Origin: an uncultured Clostridia bacterium
Lineage (GTDB): Bacteria > Bacillota > Clostridia > Christensenellales > UBA1750
NCBI GenBank assembly: GCA_944381265.1
Contig: CALWKN010000134.1
Span: 1 to 39,932, forward strand
Reading direction: 5' to 3'
DNA: 39,932 nt
The notes under the pieces were generated by a model. The model saw only the letters and a program-made list of their open reading frames with translations. It searched no databases and was not told the origin of the DNA. The stretch's first letter is position 1, and each line of letters starts with the position of its first letter. Made by a program: the position numbers and the translations under genes. Positions 1 through 8,449 of the stretch are shown piece after piece.

Positions 1-39
1 TTTTTTGCACGCAGATCCCCTGCGCGGCATAGACTGAGT

Positions 40-56
40 GTGGGAAATTTTCCCAC
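40..56. promoter_or_regulatory. Perfect 17-bp palindrome GTGGGAAA-T-TTTCCCAC upstream of cotJA (candidate operator or 5' UTR hairpin)
   Basis: Read directly: the 8-nt arms are exact reverse complements around one central T. It lies ~40 nt upstream of the cotJA start. It lies just downstream of CATAGACT (27-34), which resembles CATA-type -10 boxes of mother-cell sigma factors. Confidence 0.3.
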
Positions 57-97
57 GTGCAAAAACGCAATTCTTCATCCTGAGGGGAGGATGCCTC

Positions 98-289
98 ATG
101 ATGCAAGCGACTTTGGGCGCAGCCGCCGCGCTGCGCTATACGATCAACGCGCCGCTGGCCATGGCCTATGTGCCGATGCAGATCTGGCGCAATCTCTACA
201 GCGCGGAGGCGGCGCTGGACCGGGGCACGCTCTTTTCCGAGCTCGATCTGCCCTTCCTGGGAAAGGAGGCGGGGGCGCGTGTCTGCTGA
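98..289 (+). CDS. cotJA: Spore coat-associated protein CotJA
   Basis: The motif LAMAYVPMQIWRNLYSAEAALDRGTLFSELDLPFLG matches my recollection of clostridial CotJA. GAGGGGAGG RBS at 83-91 precedes ATG 98. It is followed by cotJB and cotJC in the canonical order. Confidence 0.8.
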   Translation: MMQATLGAAAALRYTINAPLAMAYVPMQIWRNLYSAEAALDRGTLFSELDLPFLGKEAGARVC

Positions 290-293
290 GGCG

Positions 294-530
294 ATGGCCG
301 CGCTGCGCGGCGTGATGATCGAGGGCTTTGCGCTGGACGAAGCCCGCCTTTTTCTCGACACCCACCCCGGCGACGCGGCGGCGCAGGGCTTCTACGCCCA
401 GGCCCAGGCGGCCTACGCGGCGGCGGAGGAGGCGTATGCGGCGCAGTACGGGCCGCTGCGCATCGACGACCCCGCCGCGGCGGGCAGCGGCTGGGTCTGC
501 GCGCCCTGGCCCTGGGAAACGGAGGGATGA
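294..530 (+). CDS. cotJB: Spore coat protein CotJB
   Basis: LFLDTHPGD and the C-terminal W-x-x-APWPWE motif are typical of CotJB. ATG 294 lies 5 nt after the cotJA stop; an in-frame GTG at 279 is an alternative start. Confidence 0.8.
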   Translation: MAALRGVMIEGFALDEARLFLDTHPGDAAAQGFYAQAQAAYAAAEEAYAAQYGPLRIDDPAAAGSGWVCAPWPWETEG

Positions 531-533
531 GCG

Positions 534-1130
534 ATGTGGCGCTATGAAAAGAGACTGCAGTTCCCGGTGCGGATCGTCACACCCAACGCGCGCCTGGCCA
601 AGGCGATCGTCAGCCAATTGGGCGGGCCGGACGGCGAGCTCTCCGCCTCGCTGCGCTACCTGAACCAGCGCTATGCCATGCCCACGCGCGAGAACATGGC
701 GCTGCTGACGGACATCGGCACGGAGGAGCTGGGGCACATGGAGATCATCTCCGCCATCATCCGCCAGCTGACGCGAAATCTTACGGCGGACCAGCTGCGC
801 GCGCAGGGGTTTGACGACTACTATGTGGACCACACCGGCGGCATCTGGCCGCAGGCGGCCAGCGGCGCGGCCTTCACCGCCGCCTACTTCCAGTCCAAGG
901 GCGACCCGATCACGGACCTGAGCGAGGACATGGCCGCCGAGCAGAAAGCGCGCACCACCTACGACAACCTGATCCGCCTGGCGGACGACCCGGACGTCCT
1001 GGCCCCTTTGCGCTTCCTGCGCGAGCGGGAGATCGTGCACTACCAGCGCTTTGGCGAGGCGCTGCGCGCGGTGGCCGAGTCCATGGGCGGCCCGAACTAC
1101 TACGCCATCAACCCCGCCTTCGACCTCTGA
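534..1130 (+). CDS. cotJC: Spore coat protein CotJC (manganese catalase / ferritin-like family)
   Basis: 198-aa ORF. The N-terminus MWRYEKRLQFPVRI...LGGPDGELSASLRYLNQRY and ELGHMEII are typical of CotJC. The start lies 4 nt after the cotJB stop. Confidence 0.9.
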   Translation: MWRYEKRLQFPVRIVTPNARLAKAIVSQLGGPDGELSASLRYLNQRYAMPTRENMALLTDIGTEELGHMEIISAIIRQLTRNLTADQLRAQGFDDYYVDHTGGIWPQAASGAAFTAAYFQSKGDPITDLSEDMAAEQKARTTYDNLIRLADDPDVLAPLRFLREREIVHYQRFGEALRAVAESMGGPNYYAINPAFDL

Positions 1131-1159
1131 GTCCTTTGGGCGGCCTTGCCAAAACGTTC

Positions 1160-1194
1160 AAGCGCGCGGAAGCGTTCCTCCCGCGCGCTTTTTG
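1160..1194. terminator. Bidirectional intrinsic terminator between convergent cotJC and the response regulator
   Basis: Stem AGCGCGCGG (1161-1169) pairs with CCGCGCGCT (1181-1189). It is followed by TTTT on the + strand and preceded by an A-rich stretch. Confidence 0.6.
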
Positions 1195-1196
1195 CG

Positions 1197-2684
1197 CTAT
1201 CGGGCCTGGGCGCGGTAGCGCGAGGGGCTGCAGCCCACCGCCTTGCGAAACGTGTTGGAAAAGTACTCCACCGACGCAAACCCGCAGCGCTGCGCCGCCT
1301 CGCTGACGGACATGCCCTGGCGCAGGAACGCCTTGGCGTGCTCCAGGCGGATGCGCTCCAGATAGGCGTTGAAGGAAAGCCCCGTCTCGGCCTTGAGCAG
1401 CTTTCCCAGGTAGGCGCTGTCGTAGCCGAGCTCGCGGGCCAGGTCCTTGAGCTTCAGCGCCTGCGCGTAGCGCGTCTCCATCAGGTGCAGCACGCGGCGG
1501 CAGACGTCCGCCGTGCCGGCGTCGGGGCGGGCGCTGTTCTGCAGCACGCGGCGCAGGGCCTGGCGCAGCGCCTCCACCGCCTCCTCCAGGCAGGCGGCGG
1601 CGCCGATGCGCACGATGCCCTCCTCGCCCAGGGAGACGCCGGAGAAAAAATCGCGCAGATGCCGGTTGGCCTCGCGGTACAGGCCGAGCAGGAAGGCGCG
1701 CGTATCGCGGGGGTTGAGGCCGCGGCCGCGCAGAAGGGAGAGGAGCACCTCCATCTCCCGGTCCAGGTCGTCGAGGTTCTGCGCGTCCAGCACGCGGAAC
1801 AGCCTCTGCGCGGTCTCGCGGCGGTCCGGCGGCGGCTGCGTCTTGCCAAGATAGGCGGCAAAGGCGCGCGCGTCGCAGATCGCCGGCGCGGCGGAGCGGA
1901 AGAACCAGGCGTTCTCCAGCAGCTCCATGGTTTGGCGGTAGCGCGGGCGCAGGTCCTCCGGGCGCGTGCCGGTATCGCTGAGAAAGAGCCCCGCCTCCGG
2001 GTCCTTGGCAAAGACCGCGGCCGCGACGCGCTCCCGCGCGGCGATGACCTCGCGCCCGGACAAAAGCGCCACCGTGCAGCGCTCCATGTTGGCCATCGGG
2101 CAGTCCACGGGCAGGGCGCGGCACAGCGCCGCCCGGTCCGCGGCGGCGCGCTCCGGCCTGCAGGAGAGCAGCAGCAGGCGAAAGGGCTCGCCGCGGCGGC
2201 ACAGGCCCACGCTCTCGGCGTCGCGGTCCACGGCCCCGCGCAGCAGCCCTTCCAGTATCGAAGCGCGCAGCTGGCTCAGGCTCTGGCTGCCGTAGAGCTC
2301 CACGACGTTGTCCAGCAGCAGGGTCTCCTCGGCCTTGAGCACGGCGCGCAGCAGTTCCCCCTCGTCCACGGGCTTTAGCAGGTAGTCCGTGGCGCCGCAG
2401 CGTATGGCGTCGCGCGCGTACTCGAAGTCGGCGTAGCCGGTCAGGAGGATGAACTTCCCGTGGAACCCGGCTTCGCGCGCGCGGCGCATGCACTCCACGC
2501 CGCTCAGGCCCGGCATCTTGATGTCGAGCAGCACGATGTCCGGCCGCAGGGCGAGGATCTTCTCCAGCGCCTCCTGGCCGTCGCCCGCCTCGGCCGCCAC
2601 CGTGAAACCATAGGCGCGCCAGTCCACCAGGCTCTGCAGGCCCTGTCGGACCAGCGGTTCGTCATCGACAAACATCAGGTTCAT
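1197..2684 (-). CDS. Two-component response regulator, CheY receiver plus AraC-type HTH (YesN-like)
   Basis: Receiver N-terminus MNLMFVDDEPLVR...VLLDIKMPGLSG. C-terminal AraC HTH (YLGKLLKAETGLSFNAYLERIRL...GFASVEYFSNTFRK). ATG 2684 overlaps the kinase stop (ATGA at 2681-2684). The track ORF start at 2756 is probably too long. Confidence 0.9.
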   Translation of the reverse strand: MNLMFVDDEPLVRQGLQSLVDWRAYGFTVAAEAGDGQEALEKILALRPDIVLLDIKMPGLSGVECMRRAREAGFHGKFILLTGYADFEYARDAIRCGATDYLLKPVDEGELLRAVLKAEETLLLDNVVELYGSQSLSQLRASILEGLLRGAVDRDAESVGLCRRGEPFRLLLLSCRPERAAADRAALCRALPVDCPMANMERCTVALLSGREVIAARERVAAAVFAKDPEAGLFLSDTGTRPEDLRPRYRQTMELLENAWFFRSAAPAICDARAFAAYLGKTQPPPDRRETAQRLFRVLDAQNLDDLDREMEVLLSLLRGRGLNPRDTRAFLLGLYREANRHLRDFFSGVSLGEEGIVRIGAAACLEEAVEALRQALRRVLQNSARPDAGTADVCRRVLHLMETRYAQALKLKDLARELGYDSAYLGKLLKAETGLSFNAYLERIRLEHAKAFLRQGMSVSEAAQRCGFASVEYFSNTFRKAVGCSPSRYRAQAR

Positions 2685-4453
2685 CTGTCTTTCTCCGTCC
2701 GTATCGGCAGGCGAAGCTCCACGCGCGTGCCCTCGTCCTTTCTGCTGTGCAGGCACAGGCCAAAGTCCCCTCCAAAGCTGAGCCGTATGCGCTGCGCCAC
2801 GTTGTACAGGCCTATGTGCTTGCCGTCCGGCTGCGGCTCGCCGCTCTTTAGGCGGCGCAGAAGCTCTTTTCGCCTCTCCTCGTCCATGCCCACGCCGTTG
2901 TCCTCGACAAGGAGGTAGAGCGCCTTTTCCTCGCGCCTTGCCGCGACGCGTATGCGCCCCGTGCCGCGCTTGTCGTCCAGGCCGTGGAGCACGGCGTTTT
3001 CCACCAAGGGCAAGAGGAGCAGCGGCAGCGTGTAGAGGGCGTCCGGGTCCACCTGCGGGGCGACCTCGATTTCAAAGGCGATGCGCTCGCCGTGGCGGAA
3101 CTGCTGGATCTCCAGGTAGTCGCGCACAAGGTCCAGCTCGCTGCGCAGCGTCACGGTGCTCTGAGAGGCGGAGAGCAGGCGGCGCATGATCTGCCCGAGC
3201 TTGTGCACGACGCAGGCGACCTCGCGGTCTTTGTTCATGACCGCCTTCATGCGGATGGATTCCAGCGTGTTGAAGAGGAAGTGCGGGTTGATCTGGCTGG
3301 CCAGCATCTTGTACTCGATCTCCTTCTGATAGGAAAGCAGTTTCTGGTAGCGCAGCTCCTTTTCATACACCTTGCGGCTGAGGTCCTGCAGCACGCGTAT
3401 GGTGCGCGTCATGTCGAGGAAGAGCTGCCCCAGCTCGTCGCCCCCCGGGACGGTCTTGGAGATGACGGTGCCGCCCTCGGCGATGACGCGCATCTGGTTG
3501 CGCAGCACGGTCACGCGGCGGCCGAGGCGCCGGCTGTAGGCCCAGACGATCAGCAGCGCCGCCAGCATCGGCAGGCAGAGCAATCCGGCAAAGCTAAAGC
3601 GCATGTTGCGCAGGTCCGCGGGGGCGTCGGGGTCGGCGGTGACGACGGTAAAGGCGTTCTCGCTCTGGAGGATGTGGACGCGGCTTTGGCAGGCGAGCAT
3701 TTCGCTTCCGCGATAGGCGGCAAGGCGGGCGTAAGGGGCCTCCTCGCCCAGATCCTCGCCCTTGCCGTAGAACGGCTCTCCGTCCAGGTACAAGCCGGTG
3801 ATAAGCTCGCCGTCCGCGGTCTGCAGTCGCAGGTAGTCGCTGCTCAGCGCGATCACCATCACCGCAAAGCGCTCCCCGCCAAGGGGGATCTTGCGCACGA
3901 GGCAGAGCTGGCGGCGCCCTTCTTCCCGCTCCAGCACATACCAGCGTATCACGCCCTTGCTGCCTGCGGCGGCCTGGAACCATGCCGACGCGCGCACGTC
4001 CGCGTCCGCGTCAAGAAAGCGGCTCCGGCCCATCAGCCCGCGGTTCTCGGTGTAGATGTCGATGCTGGCGATGGCCGGATAGCTGCGCATAAGCTCGTCC
4101 AGCCCGCGAAAGGAGACCAGCGCGCGGGCGGCCTGGTCTTCCGGCAGGAGCAGAAGCTCGCGCAGCTCCTCGTCAAAGAGCACGCTGTGGGAGACGTTGA
4201 CGCAGAGCGTGGCGGCGTTGGAAAACACCACGCGCGTCTGGGCGTGCTTGCGCTGCACCGCCTGCGCCCGCTGGGCAAAGAGCAGATCGCCGGCGCTGAC
4301 GACGGTGAAGCTGCCCGCCGCAAGGCAGGGCAGGGCGCAGACGAACAGGAAGAAGAGGCGCAGCTTCGTGCCCATGTGCAGTGCGTCGAGGCGAGCGGCC
4401 AACGCCCGCGCGGCGCGCGCGATTTTTCTCCTCAACGCAGTCTTCCCCTCCAT
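2681..4453 (-). CDS. Sensor histidine kinase, YesM/LytS-type (His_kinase plus HATPase_c)
   Basis: Two hydrophobic segments flank a ~270-aa extracytoplasmic domain. H-box LASQINPHFLFNTLESI. ATPase motifs VENAVLHG, EDNGVGM and GLYNV. The start is uncertain; ATG 4375 is an alternative. Confidence 0.9.
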   Translation of the reverse strand: MEGKTALRRKIARAARALAARLDALHMGTKLRLFFLFVCALPCLAAGSFTVVSAGDLLFAQRAQAVQRKHAQTRVVFSNAATLCVNVSHSVLFDEELRELLLLPEDQAARALVSFRGLDELMRSYPAIASIDIYTENRGLMGRSRFLDADADVRASAWFQAAAGSKGVIRWYVLEREEGRRQLCLVRKIPLGGERFAVMVIALSSDYLRLQTADGELITGLYLDGEPFYGKGEDLGEEAPYARLAAYRGSEMLACQSRVHILQSENAFTVVTADPDAPADLRNMRFSFAGLLCLPMLAALLIVWAYSRRLGRRVTVLRNQMRVIAEGGTVISKTVPGGDELGQLFLDMTRTIRVLQDLSRKVYEKELRYQKLLSYQKEIEYKMLASQINPHFLFNTLESIRMKAVMNKDREVACVVHKLGQIMRRLLSASQSTVTLRSELDLVRDYLEIQQFRHGERIAFEIEVAPQVDPDALYTLPLLLLPLVENAVLHGLDDKRGTGRIRVAARREEKALYLLVEDNGVGMDEERRKELLRRLKSGEPQPDGKHIGLYNVAQRIRLSFGGDFGLCLHSRKDEGTRVELRLPIRTEKDR

Positions 4454-4558
4454 GTTTCTCTCTCGGGATTTAGACTAGCACCCAGGTGCAGAGCCCGTCA
4501 AGAAATGGAAATACAAAATTCTATCTCTTTTCGTGTGCAAAGCGCTAAAATCCTGGCA

Positions 4559-4595
4559 ATCACTAATTTTTACAAAAAACATCACTAATTCTTAC
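4559..4595 (+). promoter_or_regulatory. Two 15-bp direct repeats ATCACTAATT(T/C)TTAC, 22 bp apart centre to centre, in the divergent kinase/ABC intergenic region
   Basis: Read directly: repeats at 4559-4573 and 4581-4595, 14/15 identical. The second repeat ends 15 nt before a TAATCT -10-like hexamer (4611-4616). This is a likely binding site for the adjacent YesN-like regulator. Confidence 0.4.
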
Positions 4596-4651
4596 ATTCT
4601 CCCACGGCCTTAATCTATGTAAAAATCGAAGACACGGAAGGAGGGTTATCT

Positions 4652-5602
4652 ATGTCGAACACCCCAGTATCGGCGGCTGTGCGAAAGCCGGCGCTCAACC
4701 CCAGGAAGGTGCAGAGCATCAAGATGTTTCTTCTGATCCTGCCGTTCATGCTCCTGGTATTCCTGTTCTCCTACTTTCCCCTGCACGGGTGGGTGTACGC
4801 GTTCTACGACTACCGCCCGCCGTTCCAGCTTTCGGACTGTGAGTTTGTCGGGTTCGAGTGGTTCACCTCGATGTTCGCCACGCCCGCCAAGCGCGCGCAG
4901 ATCGGCGACGTGATGCTGAACACGTTTGTCATGAGCGGCCTTGGGATCCTGACCTCCTGGCTGCCGATGGCCTTTGCCATACTGCTTACGGAGATCCCGA
5001 ACCAGCCGTTCAAAAAGGCGGTGCAGACGCTGACCACGCTGCCCAACTTCATCTCCTGGGTCCTGGTGTACTCTCTGGCCTTCTCCCTGTTCTCCAGCTC
5101 CGGCATGGTGAACAACCTGATGATCCGGCTCGGGGTGTATGACGAACCGATCCTCTACCTGCAGATGGAGAGCAACGTCTGGCTGACGATGTGGCTGTGG
5201 AGCAACTGGAAGGGCATGGGCTGGTCGGCGATCATGTACATCGCCGCGATCACGGGCATCGACCAAGAGCTCTACGAGGCGGCCTATGTGGACGGCGCGG
5301 GGCGCTTCCGCGTGATCTGGCACATCACGGTGCCGGGGCTGCTGCCGACCTACTTCGTGCTGCTGCTCATGAGCGTGGCCAACTTCCTGAACAACGGCGT
5401 GGACCAGTACTACGTCTTCCAGAACGCCTTCAACAAGAAGCGCATCCAGGTGCTGGACCTGTACGTCTACAACCTGGGCCTGGGCTCGGGCAGCTACTCT
5501 CTGGCCACGGCGATCTCGATCCTGAAGTCCCTGGTGAGCCTTACGCTGCTCTTTACGGTCAACGGGCTTTCCAAGGCCTTCCGCGGCGAGAGCATCATCT
5601 AA
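4652..5602 (+). CDS. Sugar ABC transporter permease (CUT1, LplB/YtcP-type)
   Basis: 316 aa, multi-TM. Permease loop YEAAYVDGAGRFRVIWHITVPGL. GGAAGGAGGG RBS upstream. Confidence 0.9.
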   Translation: MSNTPVSAAVRKPALNPRKVQSIKMFLLILPFMLLVFLFSYFPLHGWVYAFYDYRPPFQLSDCEFVGFEWFTSMFATPAKRAQIGDVMLNTFVMSGLGILTSWLPMAFAILLTEIPNQPFKKAVQTLTTLPNFISWVLVYSLAFSLFSSSGMVNNLMIRLGVYDEPILYLQMESNVWLTMWLWSNWKGMGWSAIMYIAAITGIDQELYEAAYVDGAGRFRVIWHITVPGLLPTYFVLLLMSVANFLNNGVDQYYVFQNAFNKKRIQVLDLYVYNLGLGSGSYSLATAISILKSLVSLTLLFTVNGLSKAFRGESII

Positions 5603-5626
5603 ACGAAGGAAAGGAGGCATAAGCAC

Positions 5627-6556
5627 ATGGCAGCAACAGGCGCAAGGCCCGTCGGCAAGAAGATCACGCTGGGCGAGCGCATCTTCATCGTAGTTCTCTA
5701 TCTGTTCTTCCTTCTGTTCACGCTCATCTGCGTATACCCCTTCTACTACCTGATCATCAACTCCATCTCGGCCAACGACGTTTCCGCCCGCGGCGACGTC
5801 ATGTTTTACCCCATCGCCGTCCATTTCCAGAACTACATAGACGTCATGAAGATCGAGGGCCTGGGGCAGGCGGCGATCATCTCCATCGGCCGCACGGTGC
5901 TGGGCACGCTGTGCACGATCATCGGCTCCTCGTTCCTGGGCTTCATGTTCACGCAGGAGAAGCTGTGGCAGCGCAAGTTCTGGTACCGCTTCACGGTGGC
6001 GACGATGTACTTCTCCGCTGGGCTCATCCCCTGGTACATCACGATGATGAACCTGCACCTGACGAACAACTTCCTGGCCTACATATTGCCCGCCATCGTG
6101 CAGCCGTTCAACATCATACTTGTCAAGACCTACATCGAAAACACGCCCGCGTCCCTGCAGGAGGCGGCGGAGATCGACGGCGCCGGGGTCCTGCGCATCT
6201 ACGCGCAGATCATCGTGCCCATCTCCATGCCCGTTCTTGCCACGGTCGCCATATTCGCGGCGGTCGGGCAGTGGAACGCCTTCCAGGACACGCTGATGCT
6301 GATGACGGACCAGGACCTCTACACGCTGCAGTACACGCTGTACCAGTACATCAACCAGGCCTCGTCCCTGGCGCGCATGATCGAGTCCACGGGCGGCGCG
6401 ATCTCGGACTCCGTGATCACGGCGGCGACGCAGCAGACGCCGACCTCCGTGCGCATGACGGTCTCGGTCGTGGTCGTGCTGCCGATCCTGCTGGTCTACC
6501 CGATCTTCCAGCGCTTCTTCGTCAAGGGCATCATGATCGGCTCTGTGAAGGGTTAG
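5627..6556 (+). CDS. Sugar ABC transporter permease (CUT1, LplC-type)
   Basis: 309 aa, multi-TM. Loop LQEAAEIDGAGVLRIYAQIIVPISMP. AAGGAGG RBS. Confidence 0.9.
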   Translation: MAATGARPVGKKITLGERIFIVVLYLFFLLFTLICVYPFYYLIINSISANDVSARGDVMFYPIAVHFQNYIDVMKIEGLGQAAIISIGRTVLGTLCTIIGSSFLGFMFTQEKLWQRKFWYRFTVATMYFSAGLIPWYITMMNLHLTNNFLAYILPAIVQPFNIILVKTYIENTPASLQEAAEIDGAGVLRIYAQIIVPISMPVLATVAIFAAVGQWNAFQDTLMLMTDQDLYTLQYTLYQYINQASSLARMIESTGGAISDSVITAATQQTPTSVRMTVSVVVVLPILLVYPIFQRFFVKGIMIGSVKG

Positions 6557-6601
6557 GCCCCGCGGCCATAATTCCCTAAAAAAGACAAAGGAGGAACCCA
6601 C

Positions 6602-8371
6602 ATGAAACGCAAACTGCAAAAGCTCCTGAGCCTGCTGCTCGTCCTGCTGCTGGCGCTGAGCCTTGCCGCCTGCTCCTCTTCGGGGACGCCCGCGGCGGAC
6701 GGCGGCGCGGCAGATGGCGGCACAGCCGACGACGGCGCGGAAGCGCCCGCGGCGGACAGCTCCTCGGAGGAACTCTACAAGGTGGAGATGTTCAACACCT
6801 ACGCCAACTACATGGGCGTGCAGCCCGGCTGGTACGGCAAGCTCATCAAGGACAAGTTCAACATCGAGCTGAACATCATCGCCCCCAACGTGGCCGGCAC
6901 GGGCGACGCGCTCTACCAGACGCGCACGGCGGCGGGGAACCTGGGCGACATCATCGTGCAGACGCAGGCCCGCATGGTGGACTGCCATAAGGCGGGGCTG
7001 CTGCTGGACATCTCCCCCTATCTGGAGGACGCGCCCAACCTGCAGAAGCTGGACGCCGGCATACAGAACCTGGCCAAGCTCATCGGCGACGAGGGCATCT
7101 ACGCCATCCCCGGCCGCGTCTCCACCTCGGCGGCGACCGAGCCCGCCGGCCGCGGCGTGAACCCGGAAGCGGCCTCCTTCCTGCGCTGGGATTGGTACTA
7201 TGAGGCGGGCGCGCCCGAGATCCAGAACATGGACAGCCTGCTGGAGATCCTGGCCCAGATCTGCGAGACGCATCCCACCAACGAGAACGGCGACAAGGTC
7301 TACGCCTTCTCCCTGTTTAAGGACTGGGACGGCGACAGCGTGCGCGCGGCGCGCGAGATGATGTACCTGTACGGCTACGGCCCGGCGCAGGGCTTCTACT
7401 GGATGACCGCGGACGGCAGCGAGGTCGTCAACATCCTGGACGACGGCAGCATGTACTACGACATGCTCAAGCTCTACAACACCGCCTACAGCATGGGCAT
7501 ACTGGACCCCGACTCCTCCACGCAGAACTACGACATGTTCGCCTCCAAGGTCAAGGACGGCCGCGTGCTCTTCGTCTGGTGGCCCTGGGTCACCTCGACC
7601 ATCCACGACCGCTTCGACATGGAGACCGGCATGCCCATGGCCTATGTGCCGATCGCGGACTCCGTGGTCAACAACCCCGGCTACAGCCCCTACGGCATGG
7701 AGGGCCTGGCCTTTGCCATCGGCTCCGGCGCCAAGTACCCGGATCGCCTGGTGGAGTTCCTCGACTGGTACGCCTCTCCCGAGGGCGTGATGTACAACAA
7801 CGGCCAGGTGGAGGGCGTGACCTATGAGATGGTCGACGGCCGCCCGGTGCTGACGGAGTTCGCGCTGGACACCGACCCCAACAAGGAAGCGCCGGAAGAG
7901 ATGGGCGGCGGCTCCTGGAGCGAAGGTTCCTGCCAGATCAACTACCCGCTGGTGCACCAGGACGACGTCAACAGCGTCATCGGCGAGCCCACCAACTCCA
8001 ACCTCTGGGCTTCCACCATCGAGAGCAACGCCAACGAGTACAACACGCAGTGGGAAGAGCTCTACGGCACGAATTCTCCCCTGGAGTACCTAAAGAACAA
8101 CAACATGCTCACCGTCGCCCCCGGCACGGATTACACCACGCCTTCCGAGCCCTCGGACATCACGACCATGCGCGCGCAGCTGCGCGAGATCGTGACGGCG
8201 GCCGGCTGGCAGATGATCTACGCCGCGGACGAGGCCGAGTTTGACGCGATCTGGACCGAGATGCAGGCGCAGCTGCCGGACTTCGGCTACGAAGAAGTGC
8301 TGGCCTACGACATGGAGATCGTCAACGACATGATCGAGGCGCGCCAGCGCGTGCTTGGCGGCGCGGAGTAA
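6602..8371 (+). CDS. Extracellular solute-binding lipoprotein (large LplA-type SBP)
   Basis: Signal peptide with lipobox LSLAAC, then a Gly/Ala/Asp-rich linker. The 589-aa size is typical of LplA-like SBPs. AAAGGAGG RBS. Confidence 0.9.
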   Translation: MKRKLQKLLSLLLVLLLALSLAACSSSGTPAADGGAADGGTADDGAEAPAADSSSEELYKVEMFNTYANYMGVQPGWYGKLIKDKFNIELNIIAPNVAGTGDALYQTRTAAGNLGDIIVQTQARMVDCHKAGLLLDISPYLEDAPNLQKLDAGIQNLAKLIGDEGIYAIPGRVSTSAATEPAGRGVNPEAASFLRWDWYYEAGAPEIQNMDSLLEILAQICETHPTNENGDKVYAFSLFKDWDGDSVRAAREMMYLYGYGPAQGFYWMTADGSEVVNILDDGSMYYDMLKLYNTAYSMGILDPDSSTQNYDMFASKVKDGRVLFVWWPWVTSTIHDRFDMETGMPMAYVPIADSVVNNPGYSPYGMEGLAFAIGSGAKYPDRLVEFLDWYASPEGVMYNNGQVEGVTYEMVDGRPVLTEFALDTDPNKEAPEEMGGGSWSEGSCQINYPLVHQDDVNSVIGEPTNSNLWASTIESNANEYNTQWEELYGTNSPLEYLKNNNMLTVAPGTDYTTPSEPSDITTMRAQLREIVTAAGWQMIYAADEAEFDAIWTEMQAQLPDFGYEEVLAYDMEIVNDMIEARQRVLGGAE

Positions 8372-8400
8372 TTGCGCTAAAATAAGAGAAACAAAAAAAC

Positions 8401-8429
8401 GGGGCGGCAGGGGGATCCTCCTCCGCCCC
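8401..8429 (+). terminator. GC-rich hairpin after the SBP gene (partial terminator or processing site)
   Basis: GGGGCGG (8401-8407) pairs with CCGCCCC (8423-8429), with further inner pairing. It is preceded by an A-run, and the downstream T-tract is weak. GH5 starts 21 nt later, so read-through is likely. Confidence 0.4.
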
Positions 8430-8449
8430 CAATTTCAAGGAGGGTGCAC

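Noticed and set aside
1108-2493. 461-aa minus-strand ORF and 410-aa plus-strand ORF (1146-2378) overlapping the response regulator
   Set aside because: They are alternative-frame or antisense ORFs with Arg/Pro/Gly-rich translations. The 1197-2684 frame gives a clean receiver plus AraC HTH protein.
2681-2684. 4-nt start/stop overlaps (ATGA at 2681-2684 and 14868-14871, GTGA at 19658-19661), considered as unusual
   Set aside because: This is ordinary translational coupling in operons. I used it only as support for start-site choices.
4646-7957. 1103-aa ORF on the minus strand spanning the whole first ABC operon
   Set aside because: It is antisense to three well-formed genes that have RBSs and clear permease/SBP motifs. 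The translation is Arg/Gly/His/Val-rich with no recognisable domain. This is a typical stop-codon-poor artefact of high-GC DNA.
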